NCBI GenBank assembly: GCA_044229975.1
Contig: JBGARZ010000010.1
Location: forward strand, 256,001-320,000
From: Polyangiales bacterium
Lineage (GTDB): Bacteria > Myxococcota_A > Polyangia > Polyangiales > Ga0077539
Length of the DNA stretch: 64,000 bases
Direction of reading: 5' to 3'
Shown here: piece after piece, positions 1-9,129 of the stretch
Position numbering within the stretch: position 1 is the stretch's first letter
How the letters are laid out: each line of letters starts with the position of its first letter
The notes under the pieces: generated by a model
The model's input: only the letters and a program-made list of their open reading frames with translations
The model's database searches: none
What the model was told of the DNA's origin: nothing
Position numbers and translations under genes: made by a program

Positions 1-2
1 TC

Positions 3-1157
3 GACGCCGCGCTCGCCGCGTGGCGCGCCGCTCCCTTCGCCGGCGAGGTGGCCTTCGTCGACGCGTCCATCGTCGCCACCCCCAACGGCTGGGTGCTCGC
101 CTGGACCCGCTGGCCGCGGCGCGGATCACCCCAGGTGCAGGCCGCCGTTCTCGCGCGCGACGGCTCGCTGCGTGGCGCGCCGCGGACGCTCTCCGTCGGC
201 CACACCTGGGCGCGGGGCCCGGTGCTCTCTCGTCAGGCCGACCGCATCGCCGTGAGCTGGACGGCGATGACCGAAGACGACGAGAGCTACGCGCGCCGAC
301 CGTGGATCACGGTCATCGACAGCGACATCCGCGAGATCGTCGCACCGCGGGCGCTGGTCGCGAGCGACGAGCTCAGCTTCGGCGTGAGCATCGCCAGCGA
401 CGGTCAGGGCTGGGGCGTGGCGTGGGACGCGTACAACGAGCGCGGGCGTGTGTTGAGCCTCGCGCGGGTGAACACCGACGGAACCCTGCGCGGCCCCGTC
501 ACGCGGGTCGGCGACCCGAACGATGGGTTGCTGCCGTCGCTCGCGTGGTCGGGTGACGCGTGGTTCGTGGCGGAGCGCTGGGTCAACCACGAGCGGATTC
601 GTAGTGGTCTCCTGCTGCGCTGGTTCGACCGCGGCGGAAGTCTGGTCGACACGCAGCGGGTCGCCTCGTCGCTGGGCGAGGGTGGCAGCGTGCAGGTCTT
701 CGCGCGAGGCGCGACGTCGTGGCTCTCGTGGGGCGACGACGGGGCCTTCAGCGCGCGACACGACCCACGCTTCGCCCGCGTCGAGGGGCGTCGCGTGGTG
801 GCGGGTCCGCGCGTGTTGGGTCCGCGTCGCAGCGGGAGCGTGGCGTCGGTCGCGTGCACCGGCGCGTCGTCGTGCGTGAGTGTGTGGGTGGGCGTCGCCG
901 ACGATCGCGACGAGCCGACGGCGTTGCAGGTGCAGGCGCTCGACGGCGATGGGGCGGCGCGCGGCCCGGTGCGGCGCATCGGTCCGCCGGCGCCGGTGGC
1001 TCGGATCGGAGAGACGGGCCTCGCGTACTCGGTGGACGAGCGCGACGCGATGGCAGTGTGGACGCTCGGCGAGCGCGACGGCTACCGGCTCATGCGGGTG
1101 CGCCTCGACGCCAACGGGGCGCCGATGGGAGAGCCCGCGGTGTTGCCGCTGCCTTGA
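3..1157 (+). CDS. hypothetical protein, probably 5'-truncated by the window edge; repeated beta-strand/Trp pattern typical of secreted beta-propeller-like proteins
   Basis: Frame open from position 3 to TGA at 1155-1157; recurring segments such as GWVLAW, IAVSW, WGVAW, VSVWV, AMAVW. Confidence 0.6.
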   Translation, partial: DAALAAWRAAPFAGEVAFVDASIVATPNGWVLAWTRWPRRGSPQVQAAVLARDGSLRGAPRTLSVGHTWARGPVLSRQADRIAVSWTAMTEDDESYARRPWITVIDSDIREIVAPRALVASDELSFGVSIASDGQGWGVAWDAYNERGRVLSLARVNTDGTLRGPVTRVGDPNDGLLPSLAWSGDAWFVAERWVNHERIRSGLLLRWFDRGGSLVDTQRVASSLGEGGSVQVFARGATSWLSWGDDGAFSARHDPRFARVEGRRVVAGPRVLGPRRSGSVASVACTGASSCVSVWVGVADDRDEPTALQVQALDGDGAARGPVRRIGPPAPVARIGETGLAYSVDERDAMAVWTLGERDGYRLMRVRLDANGAPMGEPAVLPLP

Positions 1158-2471
1158 TCAATGCGCGGGCGCGTCGGCCTTCTTCCCGACCTCGCCCGCG
1201 CGCAGCAGCGCCGCGCGCAGCGCCACCGGGCCGACGATCTGGTTCACCGTCACCACCGCCAGGATGAGCGCCCGCGCCCCGGCGCCCCACGTCGGGAAGC
1301 CCCGCGCGAGCAGCTCGGCGAGGCCCACCGACACACCCGCCTGCGGCAACAACATGAACGGCACCCATCGCCGCACCGCCGGCTCCGCCCCGGACAATCG
1401 CGCGCCCAGCAGGGCGCCCGCCGACAGCGTCAACCCGCGCGCCACCACGAAGATCAGCGCGGCGACCCAGACCGTGCGCACCACCGCGAGGTCGAGCGAG
1501 GCGCCCGCCAGCGCGAAGAACACCGCGAAGATGGGCAGCGACGCGGGCGTCAGCGCGTGGGTGATCTCTTCACCGGAGACCTTGAGGACGTTCTGGAGGA
1601 TGAGGCCCGCGGCGAGGTTGATGAGCAGCGGGTCGAGGTGCAGCCGCGAGCCCACCTCCGCCGCCACCACGCACACCGCCAGGATGAACAACACCAGCCC
1701 CTGCCGCACGCGCCGCACCCACAGGCGTATCGCGACGGCCACGACGGCGCCCACCGCGATGGAGCCGAAGATCTCGACGGCGAGCCGCACCGACGCGGGC
1801 ATGCCGTGCCCGCCCGACGCCCCGAAGGACTGCTGCGCTACGCTCAGCGACACGCCGAAGAGCACGATGATGGCGATGTCGGCGAGCACCACGACGCCGA
1901 GGCCCGTCTCGCTCACCGGTCCGTCGGCGCGGCTCTCGGAGAGCAGCGCCAGCACCACTGACGGCGAGAGCGACGCGAGCAGCACCCCCAGGTTGAGCGC
2001 CACCGCCCAGCGCTGCGCGCTCCCGAGGCCGCGCATGAACGGCAGCAGCGGGGCGAGCGCCGTCGCGAGCGCGGTGATGACGCCGAGGCACAGCGCCAGC
2101 GAGATGCCCGAGACGAGCAGCACCGAGCGCAGCCGTGGGCGCAGGTGGCGCAGGTCGAGCTCGCAGCCCGCGGTGAGCGCGATGAGTCCGACGGCGACGG
2201 AGCTCACCAGCTTGAGCCCGGCGATCATCGGCGGGGTCACGAGGTTGGCCGAGGCCGGGCCGCACGCGAGGCCGCACAAGAGGTAGCCCGTGAGGCGCGG
2301 GAGGCGGATCGAGGCCGCGATCTCGCCGCTCTGCACCGCGGCGAGCACGAGGAAGCCGAACGCGAGCGCGGTGCCGGCGTCGGTGGTGGCAACGCCCCCG
2401 GGGCCGAGGAAGCTGCGCGCCGAACTCATCAACGCGACGATCACGATGAGCAACAGCAGCGAGCGGATCAC
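1158..2471 (-). CDS. cation:proton antiporter (Na+/H+ exchanger, CPA2-like)
   Basis: 437 aa, about 12 hydrophobic segments, LPRLTGYLLCGLACGP, IALTAGCELDL, VVVLADIA, FFALAGASLD, PQAGVSVGLA. Confidence 0.85.
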   Translation of the reverse strand: MIRSLLLLIVIVALMSSARSFLGPGGVATTDAGTALAFGFLVLAAVQSGEIAASIRLPRLTGYLLCGLACGPASANLVTPPMIAGLKLVSSVAVGLIALTAGCELDLRHLRPRLRSVLLVSGISLALCLGVITALATALAPLLPFMRGLGSAQRWAVALNLGVLLASLSPSVVLALLSESRADGPVSETGLGVVVLADIAIIVLFGVSLSVAQQSFGASGGHGMPASVRLAVEIFGSIAVGAVVAVAIRLWVRRVRQGLVLFILAVCVVAAEVGSRLHLDPLLINLAAGLILQNVLKVSGEEITHALTPASLPIFAVFFALAGASLDLAVVRTVWVAALIFVVARGLTLSAGALLGARLSGAEPAVRRWVPFMLLPQAGVSVGLAELLARGFPTWGAGARALILAVVTVNQIVGPVALRAALLRAGEVGKKADAPAH

Positions 2472-4162
2472 GGGGCCTTCCCTTCGCCGGGCGGGATGCT
2501 GGTGGAGGTGTCGGGGCGCTCGTCGTCGGGGTCGTCGTGGTCGATGGAGAGCGCGCCGACGGAGCCCGGCGGGTGCGCCGCGCCGCGGCCCGCGAGCGAG
2601 TAGGCGGCCACGCGAAACACCAGCTCCGACAAGAGAGCGCCGCCGATGACGACGGTCTCCAGGGTTCCGCGGAGGAGCTCGGGGTAGCTCTGCCGCGCGC
2701 TCACCACGACGGCGATGGACACCGCGCTCGACGGGACGAACGCGAGCCAGGTGGTGGCCGCGGAGCCGAGGCGCACGCCGTCGGGCGCGTCACCGATGAG
2801 CGCGGCGCGGGCGGCGCGCACGCCGAGGAGCTTCCCGAGGAGGCGGGCGACGACGTAGAGCGGGAGCATGATCCAGCCGCGGCGATCGTCGGGCGACCAG
2901 AGGGCGCCGACGACGACGAAGAAGGCCATGTAGATGGGGCGTTCGAGGGCGCGGAAGCGGGGGCGCGAGAGCCACGAGTTGGCGGCCGCGGCGCCGGGCA
3001 TGTTGGCGGCGGTCATGCCGGAGACGAAGCACACGGCGAGGGGCGAGAGGCCGACGTAGCCCGACATGCCCGCGGCGAAGGCGAGGGCGCCGAGGGTCAT
3101 GGCGACGTCCTCGGTGGCGTTGCGGGCGTTGCGCACCGCGACCCAGACGAGCAGCCCCAGCGCGACGCCGAGCCCCACCTGCAAGAACACCCACCCGAGC
3201 GGCGGCAGGTGCCACGCGCCGGGGTCGACGGGCCGGAAGGCGGCGGTGACGAGGGCGAGGGCGAGCAGGGCCATCACGTCGTCGAGCGAGGCGACGCGAC
3301 GGAGCTGACGCGAGGACGCAGCGTCGATGAGGCCGAGCAGTCCGAGCAGGCGGGCGCCGGTGGGCGCGCTCACGGCGGCGCAGGCGCCGATGATGACGGC
3401 GTTGCGGACGACGCGGGCGGCGGCGTCGGGGGCGTGCGGGCTGAGCAGCGTGAGCACGGCGGCGGAGAGGACGCCGACGACGAGCATGGTGCACGCGCTC
3501 TCGATGGCCATGGCGCGCAGGGTGTTGCGGGGCCAGCGTTCGACGTGGCGGAGGTCGAAGTCGGTGCCGACGCGGAAGCCGATCCAGCCGAGGCCAAACT
3601 CCAAGAGCGGGCGCAGGTCGTGGAGCACCGCCGGGGTGAGGATGCCCACCTCGGGACGACGCGCGACGAGGCCGAGCACGAGGAAGGGCAGCCCGCTGCC
3701 AGTGACCATGGCGAGTCCCGAGCGCTTCTCCCAGGCGCGCACCGAGGGATGTCCACCGAGGAGGGCGAGCCCGAGGAGCAGCATGAGCCCGACGGTGACG
3801 CGCGCGATGGCCCCGGCCGACGGCGGCGGTGGGACCGGCGGCGGCGCCGCGATGGTTGGCGAAGCGGGCGGGGGTTCGGAAGGGACTTCGACCGCGACGC
3901 TGGCGTCGACCGCGAGCACATCGACGACGACCGCGGCATCGACGGCGACCGCGGCATCGACGACGACCGCGGCATTGACGGCGACCGCGGCATCGACGGC
4001 GATGGGCACGTCGACGGTGGATGCGGCATCGACGGCGATGGGCACGTCGACGGTGGATGCGGCGTCGGGCACCTGCGCGGCGGCGGGTGCGGCGCAGAGG
4101 GCGGCCACGAGCGCCGCGAGGAGCGCGATTCCGGCGCGTGGGTGTGTCGACCGCGCGGCCAT
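2468..4162 (-). CDS. second cation:proton antiporter-like membrane protein with signal peptide and VDAA-repeat N-terminal extension
   Basis: GLGWIGFRVGTDFD, SLDD, LERPIYMAFFVVVGALW motifs; stop overlaps the start of the downstream antiporter; start may be 4162 or 4183. Confidence 0.75.
   Translation of the reverse strand: MAARSTHPRAGIALLAALVAALCAAPAAAQVPDAASTVDVPIAVDAASTVDVPIAVDAAVAVNAAVVVDAAVAVDAAVVVDVLAVDASVAVEVPSEPPPASPTIAAPPPVPPPPSAGAIARVTVGLMLLLGLALLGGHPSVRAWEKRSGLAMVTGSGLPFLVLGLVARRPEVGILTPAVLHDLRPLLEFGLGWIGFRVGTDFDLRHVERWPRNTLRAMAIESACTMLVVGVLSAAVLTLLSPHAPDAAARVVRNAVIIGACAAVSAPTGARLLGLLGLIDAASSRQLRRVASLDDVMALLALALVTAAFRPVDPGAWHLPPLGWVFLQVGLGVALGLLVWVAVRNARNATEDVAMTLGALAFAAGMSGYVGLSPLAVCFVSGMTAANMPGAAAANSWLSRPRFRALERPIYMAFFVVVGALWSPDDRRGWIMLPLYVVARLLGKLLGVRAARAALIGDAPDGVRLGSAATTWLAFVPSSAVSIAVVVSARQSYPELLRGTLETVVIGGALLSELVFRVAAYSLAGRGAAHPPGSVGALSIDHDDPDDERPDTSTSIPPGEGKAP
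3895..4065. repeat. intragenic tandem repeats (18- and 36-bp units) encoding VDAA/DAASTVDVPIAV
   Basis: GCATCGACGGCGATGGGCACGTCGACGGTGGATGCG twice plus several ACCGCGGCATCGAC-type units. Confidence 0.85.
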
Positions 4163-4221
4163 GCCACGCCCCTCGTAGACCACTCGCGGACCAGGCGTCT
4201 ACCGCGACGTGCTCCGCGGGG

Positions 4222-6054
4222 TCAGCGCCCCGCCATCACGCCCAGCACAAACGCCACCGTCACCACCAGCGCCATCACCAGCGCCGCCGTCCGCAGCGAC
4301 GACGACGGCTTCGGCGCCTGCGCCGTCACCGCCGTCGGCAATGGCAGCGTCATCTGCACCGTCTTCGGGGTGTCCATCCACGGGTTGGGCGACGGCGGTG
4401 GTGCCATCGTCGGCATCCGCGGCTGCGTCGACCAGTCGGGCTCCGGTGGCGCCAGCGACGGCCGCGCCAGCACCTCCGGAACCAATCCCTCCGCCCACGG
4501 ATCGGCCGGCGTCTCCTGCGGCAGCTCGGTGCGCTCCTCCGCAATCACCTCCGTTGGACCACCGGGATCGGGCGCCACCGTGGTCACGCTCGTTCCTTCG
4601 TAGCGCTCGGGCTCACGTCGCGGCGCCGTCAGCACCAGCGATTGCAGCTTCACGCCCGACACCAGCATTCCCCCCGATGGTCGCGGATCGAAGGCCCCCG
4701 GCGAGTCTTCCAGCGCCCTCGTCGGCTCGCGCGGAAAGGCCCTCTCGCCCGCCAGCTCATCCTCGAAGAGGTCCTTCGCGGGCACCACCGGGACCGGCCC
4801 CGTCGGCTCCTCCACCACCTCCTCGTCCGGCGGCAGCGTGCGCTCGTCCGTCCCGTCGCGGGCGCCTTCGCGCGCCAGCTCGCGGAAGGCCACGAGCGCG
4901 TCGACGGTGGTCACCTGCGACGGCGCCGCGAAGCTGCGCGCGTCGGGCTCGTGCACCGGCGGGTCGAGCGCGATGGACGTCACCGTGGGCTCCCGTCGCA
5001 CCGGAGCCGGCGCGAGCGCCCCGTTGAACATCTTCTGCGTCGGAACCGACGCGCGGAGGTTCATCGGCAGCGGCCCGAGGTCGGCGACCAGCGCGGACGG
5101 CAGCCGCATCATCGGCTTGGAGTGATCGTCGCCGCGGTCGCGCGTGCTGGCCTCCGCGGGGTCGACCATGCGGGGCGGCGGCGCGAGCTCGGCGAGGGGT
5201 TCCCACGACACGCGGCGCAAGGCGGTGCGCAGTCGGTCGGCGTCGGCGTGGCGGCTCGACGGGTCGCGCGCGAGCGCCTTCACCAGCTCGGCGTACACGG
5301 GCGGCGGAACATCCGCCCGCATCGACACCAGCAGCCCCCGCACGGCCTCGGGGTGCTGCGCCTCGACGGCGTGGGCCCAGCATTTCGGCCGTGCAGGCAG
5401 CGCAAACGGCACCAGCATCGACGCGAGCAGCACCCCCAGCGAGAACACATCCCCCGCGGTGGAGAGCGCCTCGCGATCGGCGAGCTGCTCGGGCGAGCGC
5501 GGGTCGGAGAGCGGGCTCGTCGCGGGCTGCGACCACGTCACGCCGGGCAGCGCGGCGAGCGCGAAGTCCATCACGCAGACGTCCCAGACCGACGAGTCGG
5601 AGGCGCGCGACAGCAGCACGCTCTCGGGCGAGAGCAACCCGTGCAGGACGGGCGCCCCGGCGAGCGCGCGCATGCGATGGGCGACGGCGACGGCCGCGCA
5701 GACGCCGTCGATGAGGCCGTGCACCTCGGCGAGGTCGGGCCACGCGAGGCGCCGCCGGTGGTCGTCGGCCCAGGCGCGCAGGCTGAGTCCCTCGGTGGGT
5801 TCGAGCACGACGAAGGGGACGTCCCCGTCGAAGCCGTGGCCCAGCACCGGGACGATGGATCCGTGGCGCAGCGGTTCGAGCGTGCGGGCGACGGCGTCGA
5901 GGCGGTGGTGCTCGTCCGCGGGCAACGGTGGGAGGCGCTTGAGGACGACGGGCACGTTGCGGCGCGCGGTGTCGAGGGCGTCGACGCAGTCCCCGAGGCC
6001 CCAGCGGTCGCGGTCGCCGACACGCTGGAATCGATCGATAGGCACCAGGGGCAT
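4222..6054 (-). CDS. Ser/Thr kinase-like protein, probable pseudokinase, with C-terminal transmembrane helix
   Basis: Kinase-fold motifs in order: VVLK, PFVVLE, HGLLSPESVLL (HRD loop degenerate), MDFA, SPEQL, DVFSLGVLL; Pro-rich tail and terminal hydrophobic helix. Confidence 0.75.
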   Translation of the reverse strand: MPLVPIDRFQRVGDRDRWGLGDCVDALDTARRNVPVVLKRLPPLPADEHHRLDAVARTLEPLRHGSIVPVLGHGFDGDVPFVVLEPTEGLSLRAWADDHRRRLAWPDLAEVHGLIDGVCAAVAVAHRMRALAGAPVLHGLLSPESVLLSRASDSSVWDVCVMDFALAALPGVTWSQPATSPLSDPRSPEQLADREALSTAGDVFSLGVLLASMLVPFALPARPKCWAHAVEAQHPEAVRGLLVSMRADVPPPVYAELVKALARDPSSRHADADRLRTALRRVSWEPLAELAPPPRMVDPAEASTRDRGDDHSKPMMRLPSALVADLGPLPMNLRASVPTQKMFNGALAPAPVRREPTVTSIALDPPVHEPDARSFAAPSQVTTVDALVAFRELAREGARDGTDERTLPPDEEVVEEPTGPVPVVPAKDLFEDELAGERAFPREPTRALEDSPGAFDPRPSGGMLVSGVKLQSLVLTAPRREPERYEGTSVTTVAPDPGGPTEVIAEERTELPQETPADPWAEGLVPEVLARPSLAPPEPDWSTQPRMPTMAPPPSPNPWMDTPKTVQMTLPLPTAVTAQAPKPSSSLRTAALVMALVVTVAFVLGVMAGR

Positions 6055-6105
6055 CGCGGCCGACGCGCGGACTCTTTCACGCCGGTGGGCTCCGGCGCAA
6101 TCGTG

Positions 6106-7122
6106 TCAGGGCACCACGGAGCGGACGTTGGCGCAGCCCCAGCTTTCGAGGGTGATGCGCGTGTCCGAGGCGCCCGAAAGGTCGAGGTTGCCGCGGCGCG
6201 ATCGGATCTCCCAGGTGCGCCCGTTGGTCATGGTGAGCAGCGCGCTGGAGGAGATGGTCTGCTGCACTTCGAGCACGGCGCTGTCGGCCATGGTGCTGAG
6301 GGATGAGCCGAGGATGGTTCCGAGGACGGAGACGGCGCCGAAGACCCAGCCGTAGCCGTCGGCGTGCATGGCGGCCATGCCCGCGCGGCCCGCGATGGCG
6401 TCGAGCACCCGCTGCGCCGCCGCGCCGCTCGACGCGAGGTAGCAGGAGTAGCTGATGGTGATGTTGGAGATGGAACGATAGAGGTCGGTCTGCCCCCAGA
6501 GCAGGCTCTGCCCGACGGGGAGGTTGTAGCGGGTGGTGTTGCGGTTGCCGGCGACCTCGCGCGGCGCGGTGAGCAGGAGCTCGGTGTGCCGCCCGTCCTC
6601 GGCGCTGATGACGCAGTACAGGTTGCGCGGCACGTCGAAGAACCCGCGTTGGATGGAGATCTCCTTCACGCGGATGCGGAGCAGCGGGTCGGTGCAGGTG
6701 GTGGCGCTGGGGGCGACGCCGAGGCCGGTTCCGCACGAGTAGTTGGTGCGCTGGTTGCCGTCGAGCGTGTTGTCGCAGATGGCGAGCGAGGTGCTCGTGG
6801 TGGGGACCGCGAGCGCGCCCGTGCACGTCGGCGCCATGTCGCAGGTGGGGCACTGGTTGCAGTCGAGGGGGCAGTCGGTGCAGGTCTCCATCGGGTGCGA
6901 GCACACGCCGTCGCCGCAGCGCACGGGCGGCGGCGGAATGTCCGACGTGCCGACGTCGAAGCCCGCATCGGCGGTGGTGCCTGCATCGAGGGCGACGTCG
7001 CTGGTGACGTCCTCGGAGGAGCCCGCATCGGGCAGGGTGATGACGTCGGAGACGGTCGAGCCCGCGCATCCCACGAGCACCGCGGCCAGCATCCCAAACC
7101 GCAGACCACGACGAGCGCTCAT
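6106..7122 (-). CDS. secreted lipoprotein with a myxobacterial Cys-rich repeat and an unknown C-terminal domain
   Basis: Start re-called at MSARRGLRFG; lipobox VLVGC; CGDGVCSHPMETCTDCPLDC. The upstream part of the 825-aa ORF is antisense shadow of the dioxygenase. Confidence 0.7.
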   Translation of the reverse strand: MSARRGLRFGMLAAVLVGCAGSTVSDVITLPDAGSSEDVTSDVALDAGTTADAGFDVGTSDIPPPPVRCGDGVCSHPMETCTDCPLDCNQCPTCDMAPTCTGALAVPTTSTSLAICDNTLDGNQRTNYSCGTGLGVAPSATTCTDPLLRIRVKEISIQRGFFDVPRNLYCVISAEDGRHTELLLTAPREVAGNRNTTRYNLPVGQSLLWGQTDLYRSISNITISYSCYLASSGAAAQRVLDAIAGRAGMAAMHADGYGWVFGAVSVLGTILGSSLSTMADSAVLEVQQTISSSALLTMTNGRTWEIRSRRGNLDLSGASDTRITLESWGCANVRSVVP

Positions 7123-7251
7123 GGGCGGCGATGGTGTGCCCGCGGGCGCTCCGAGGGCAAGCATCCCGCGACGTCGTTGCCATTCCTGCAACCCGACGTT
7201 GTGCCCTGGCCGCTTGTGTTCACGGCATCCGCTCCGCACTCTCCCTTCGCC

Positions 7252-8208
7252 ATGAACGACCACAACGACGATGGTCTCACCCGACGTCAGGCGCTCGCCG
7301 CAGCCGCTGGCGCCGCGCTCGCCGCCCTCCCCGGTTGCACCCGGGACCCCGTCCGCGCCCACCCGGAGGCTCGCACCATGAACCCCACCACCACCGCCAC
7401 CTCCTCCCGCCTGCCTGTCGCCTATCTTCCCCACGGCGGCGGCCCGTGGCCCTTCGTCGACCTCGGCATGGGCGAACCCTCCGAGCTCGCGGCCCTCACC
7501 ACCTACCTCCAGTCGCTCAAGCACCTCTCGGCGCAGACCCCGCGCGCCGTGCTCATGGTCTCCGCCCACTGGGAAGAACCCAACCCCACGGTGATGACCG
7601 CCGCCCACCCCCCGATGCTCTACGACTACTACGGCTTCCCCCCCGAGTCGTACCGCATCACCTGGCCCGCCCCCGGCAACCCGGCGCTCGCGGGTCGCGT
7701 GCGTGAACTCCTCGGCGCTGCGGGCTTCCAGACCGGCGCCAACGCCGACCGCGGCTACGACCATGGGACCTTTGTTCCGCTCAAGCTCACCTGGCCCGAG
7801 GCCGACATGCCGACGGTGCAGCTCTCGCTCAAGGAGGGCCTCGACCCGGCCGAGCACCTCGCCATGGGCCGCGCCCTCGCCCCGCTGCGCGATGAGGGCG
7901 TGCTCATCCTCGGCAGCGGCATGAGCTTCCACAACCTCCGCGCCTTCCGCGCGCCCGGCAATCCGGCCATGGCGAGCTCGATGGCCTTCGACACCTGGCT
8001 CAACGAGACCGTCGCCCTCGACCCCACCGAGCGCGATCGCCGCCTCACGGCCTGGGCCACCGCCCCCGCCGCGCGCCTCGCCCACCCCCGCGAAGAACAC
8101 CTCCTCCCCCTCATGGTCATCGCCGGCGCCGCGGGCTCCGACCGGGGCCGCGTCGGTTACCAGAACACCCTCATGGGCGCCCGCATCTCCGCCCACCACT
8201 TCGGCTGA
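7252..8208 (+). CDS. DODA/LigB-type class III extradiol ring-cleavage dioxygenase (YgiD-like)
   Basis: YLPHGGGP, SAHWE, LYDYYGFPPESY, RGYDHGTFVPL, ILGSGMSFHNL, HPREEHLLPL; alternative start at 7378. Confidence 0.9.
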   Translation: MNDHNDDGLTRRQALAAAAGAALAALPGCTRDPVRAHPEARTMNPTTTATSSRLPVAYLPHGGGPWPFVDLGMGEPSELAALTTYLQSLKHLSAQTPRAVLMVSAHWEEPNPTVMTAAHPPMLYDYYGFPPESYRITWPAPGNPALAGRVRELLGAAGFQTGANADRGYDHGTFVPLKLTWPEADMPTVQLSLKEGLDPAEHLAMGRALAPLRDEGVLILGSGMSFHNLRAFRAPGNPAMASSMAFDTWLNETVALDPTERDRRLTAWATAPAARLAHPREEHLLPLMVIAGAAGSDRGRVGYQNTLMGARISAHHFG

Positions 8209-8275
8209 CAGGCACTCTCGCCACACCGCGCCGAACTCTTCGCCTGTCCAATCAAAAGGTACTAGAAGGCCCGTC

Positions 8276-9121
8276 ATGACCTTGACGGCCTCGGCGCTGA
8301 AGGCGCTCATCACCAGCACCCGCAAGAAGATGAAGGCGTCCTCGCCCTTCATCCCCGACCCGAAGGTCCGCACCGGGCTCCTCGAAGAGCACGGGCTCGA
8401 CGGCGTGCGGGTGCTGCTGGCGTGTGAGCACCCGAAGTGGTCGGCCGAGGTCGTCGCGCTCGGGTCACCCGACTGCCCGTGGCCCGCGGCGAAGACCCCG
8501 CTGGAGGTCGCCAGGGCGGCCTTTGGACCGCTGGCCGAGAAGCTCCCGCAGCTCATCAAGCGCCTCTCCAACGCGACGCTCACCTGCGCCGTTCGTCACG
8601 AGCCGCAGCCCGGCGCGCCCGACCTCGGTGGGTGGTTTCTCCTCTTCGCGCTGCCCGAGCGCGGCGGCCCCACGCTCTGGATCGGTGGCCCCCCCGACGA
8701 AGAGCCCCGCCTCGACGCCGACGGCTGGACGCTGCCCGACGACCTCAAGACCTTCTACCGCCAGCACAACGGCTTCGGCGTGCTCAACACCCGCGACGGG
8801 TGGACCGGCGTCGGCCCCGGGCTCCAGCCCTCGCTGCGCCTCGCCGTCCCGTCGCTCGGCAGCCGCGTGAAGACCGACGACCTCCTGCGCCTCTCGCGCG
8901 GCGAAGGCGACGCCGGTCAGGGCGGCTGGTGCCTCACCCTCACGACTCCCGCGCGCCGCCGCAAGTCCGACGTCGCGACGCCCTACGCCATCGTCGACCT
9001 CGATGATCGCTTCGGGCTGCGGGGTGAGCCCGTTCCGTTCGACCTCTTCGGCTTCTTCGATCGCTGGATGATCGGCGACCCGAAGGACGAACTCCCCCTC
9101 GCCGAATCCGACGACGAGTAG
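8276..9121 (+). CDS. hypothetical protein with SMI1/KNR4 (SUKH)-like motif
   Basis: 281 aa ORF; WTLPDDLKTFYRQHNGF resembles the SUKH LPxDYxxFLxxxNG motif. Confidence 0.55.
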   Translation: MTLTASALKALITSTRKKMKASSPFIPDPKVRTGLLEEHGLDGVRVLLACEHPKWSAEVVALGSPDCPWPAAKTPLEVARAAFGPLAEKLPQLIKRLSNATLTCAVRHEPQPGAPDLGGWFLLFALPERGGPTLWIGGPPDEEPRLDADGWTLPDDLKTFYRQHNGFGVLNTRDGWTGVGPGLQPSLRLAVPSLGSRVKTDDLLRLSRGEGDAGQGGWCLTLTTPARRRKSDVATPYAIVDLDDRFGLRGEPVPFDLFGFFDRWMIGDPKDELPLAESDDE

Positions 9122-9129
9122 CGCGCGCG

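Noticed and set aside
7123..8583. N-terminal part of the 825-aa ORF 6106..8583
   Set aside because: Antisense to the dioxygenase; the lipoprotein signal starts at 7122
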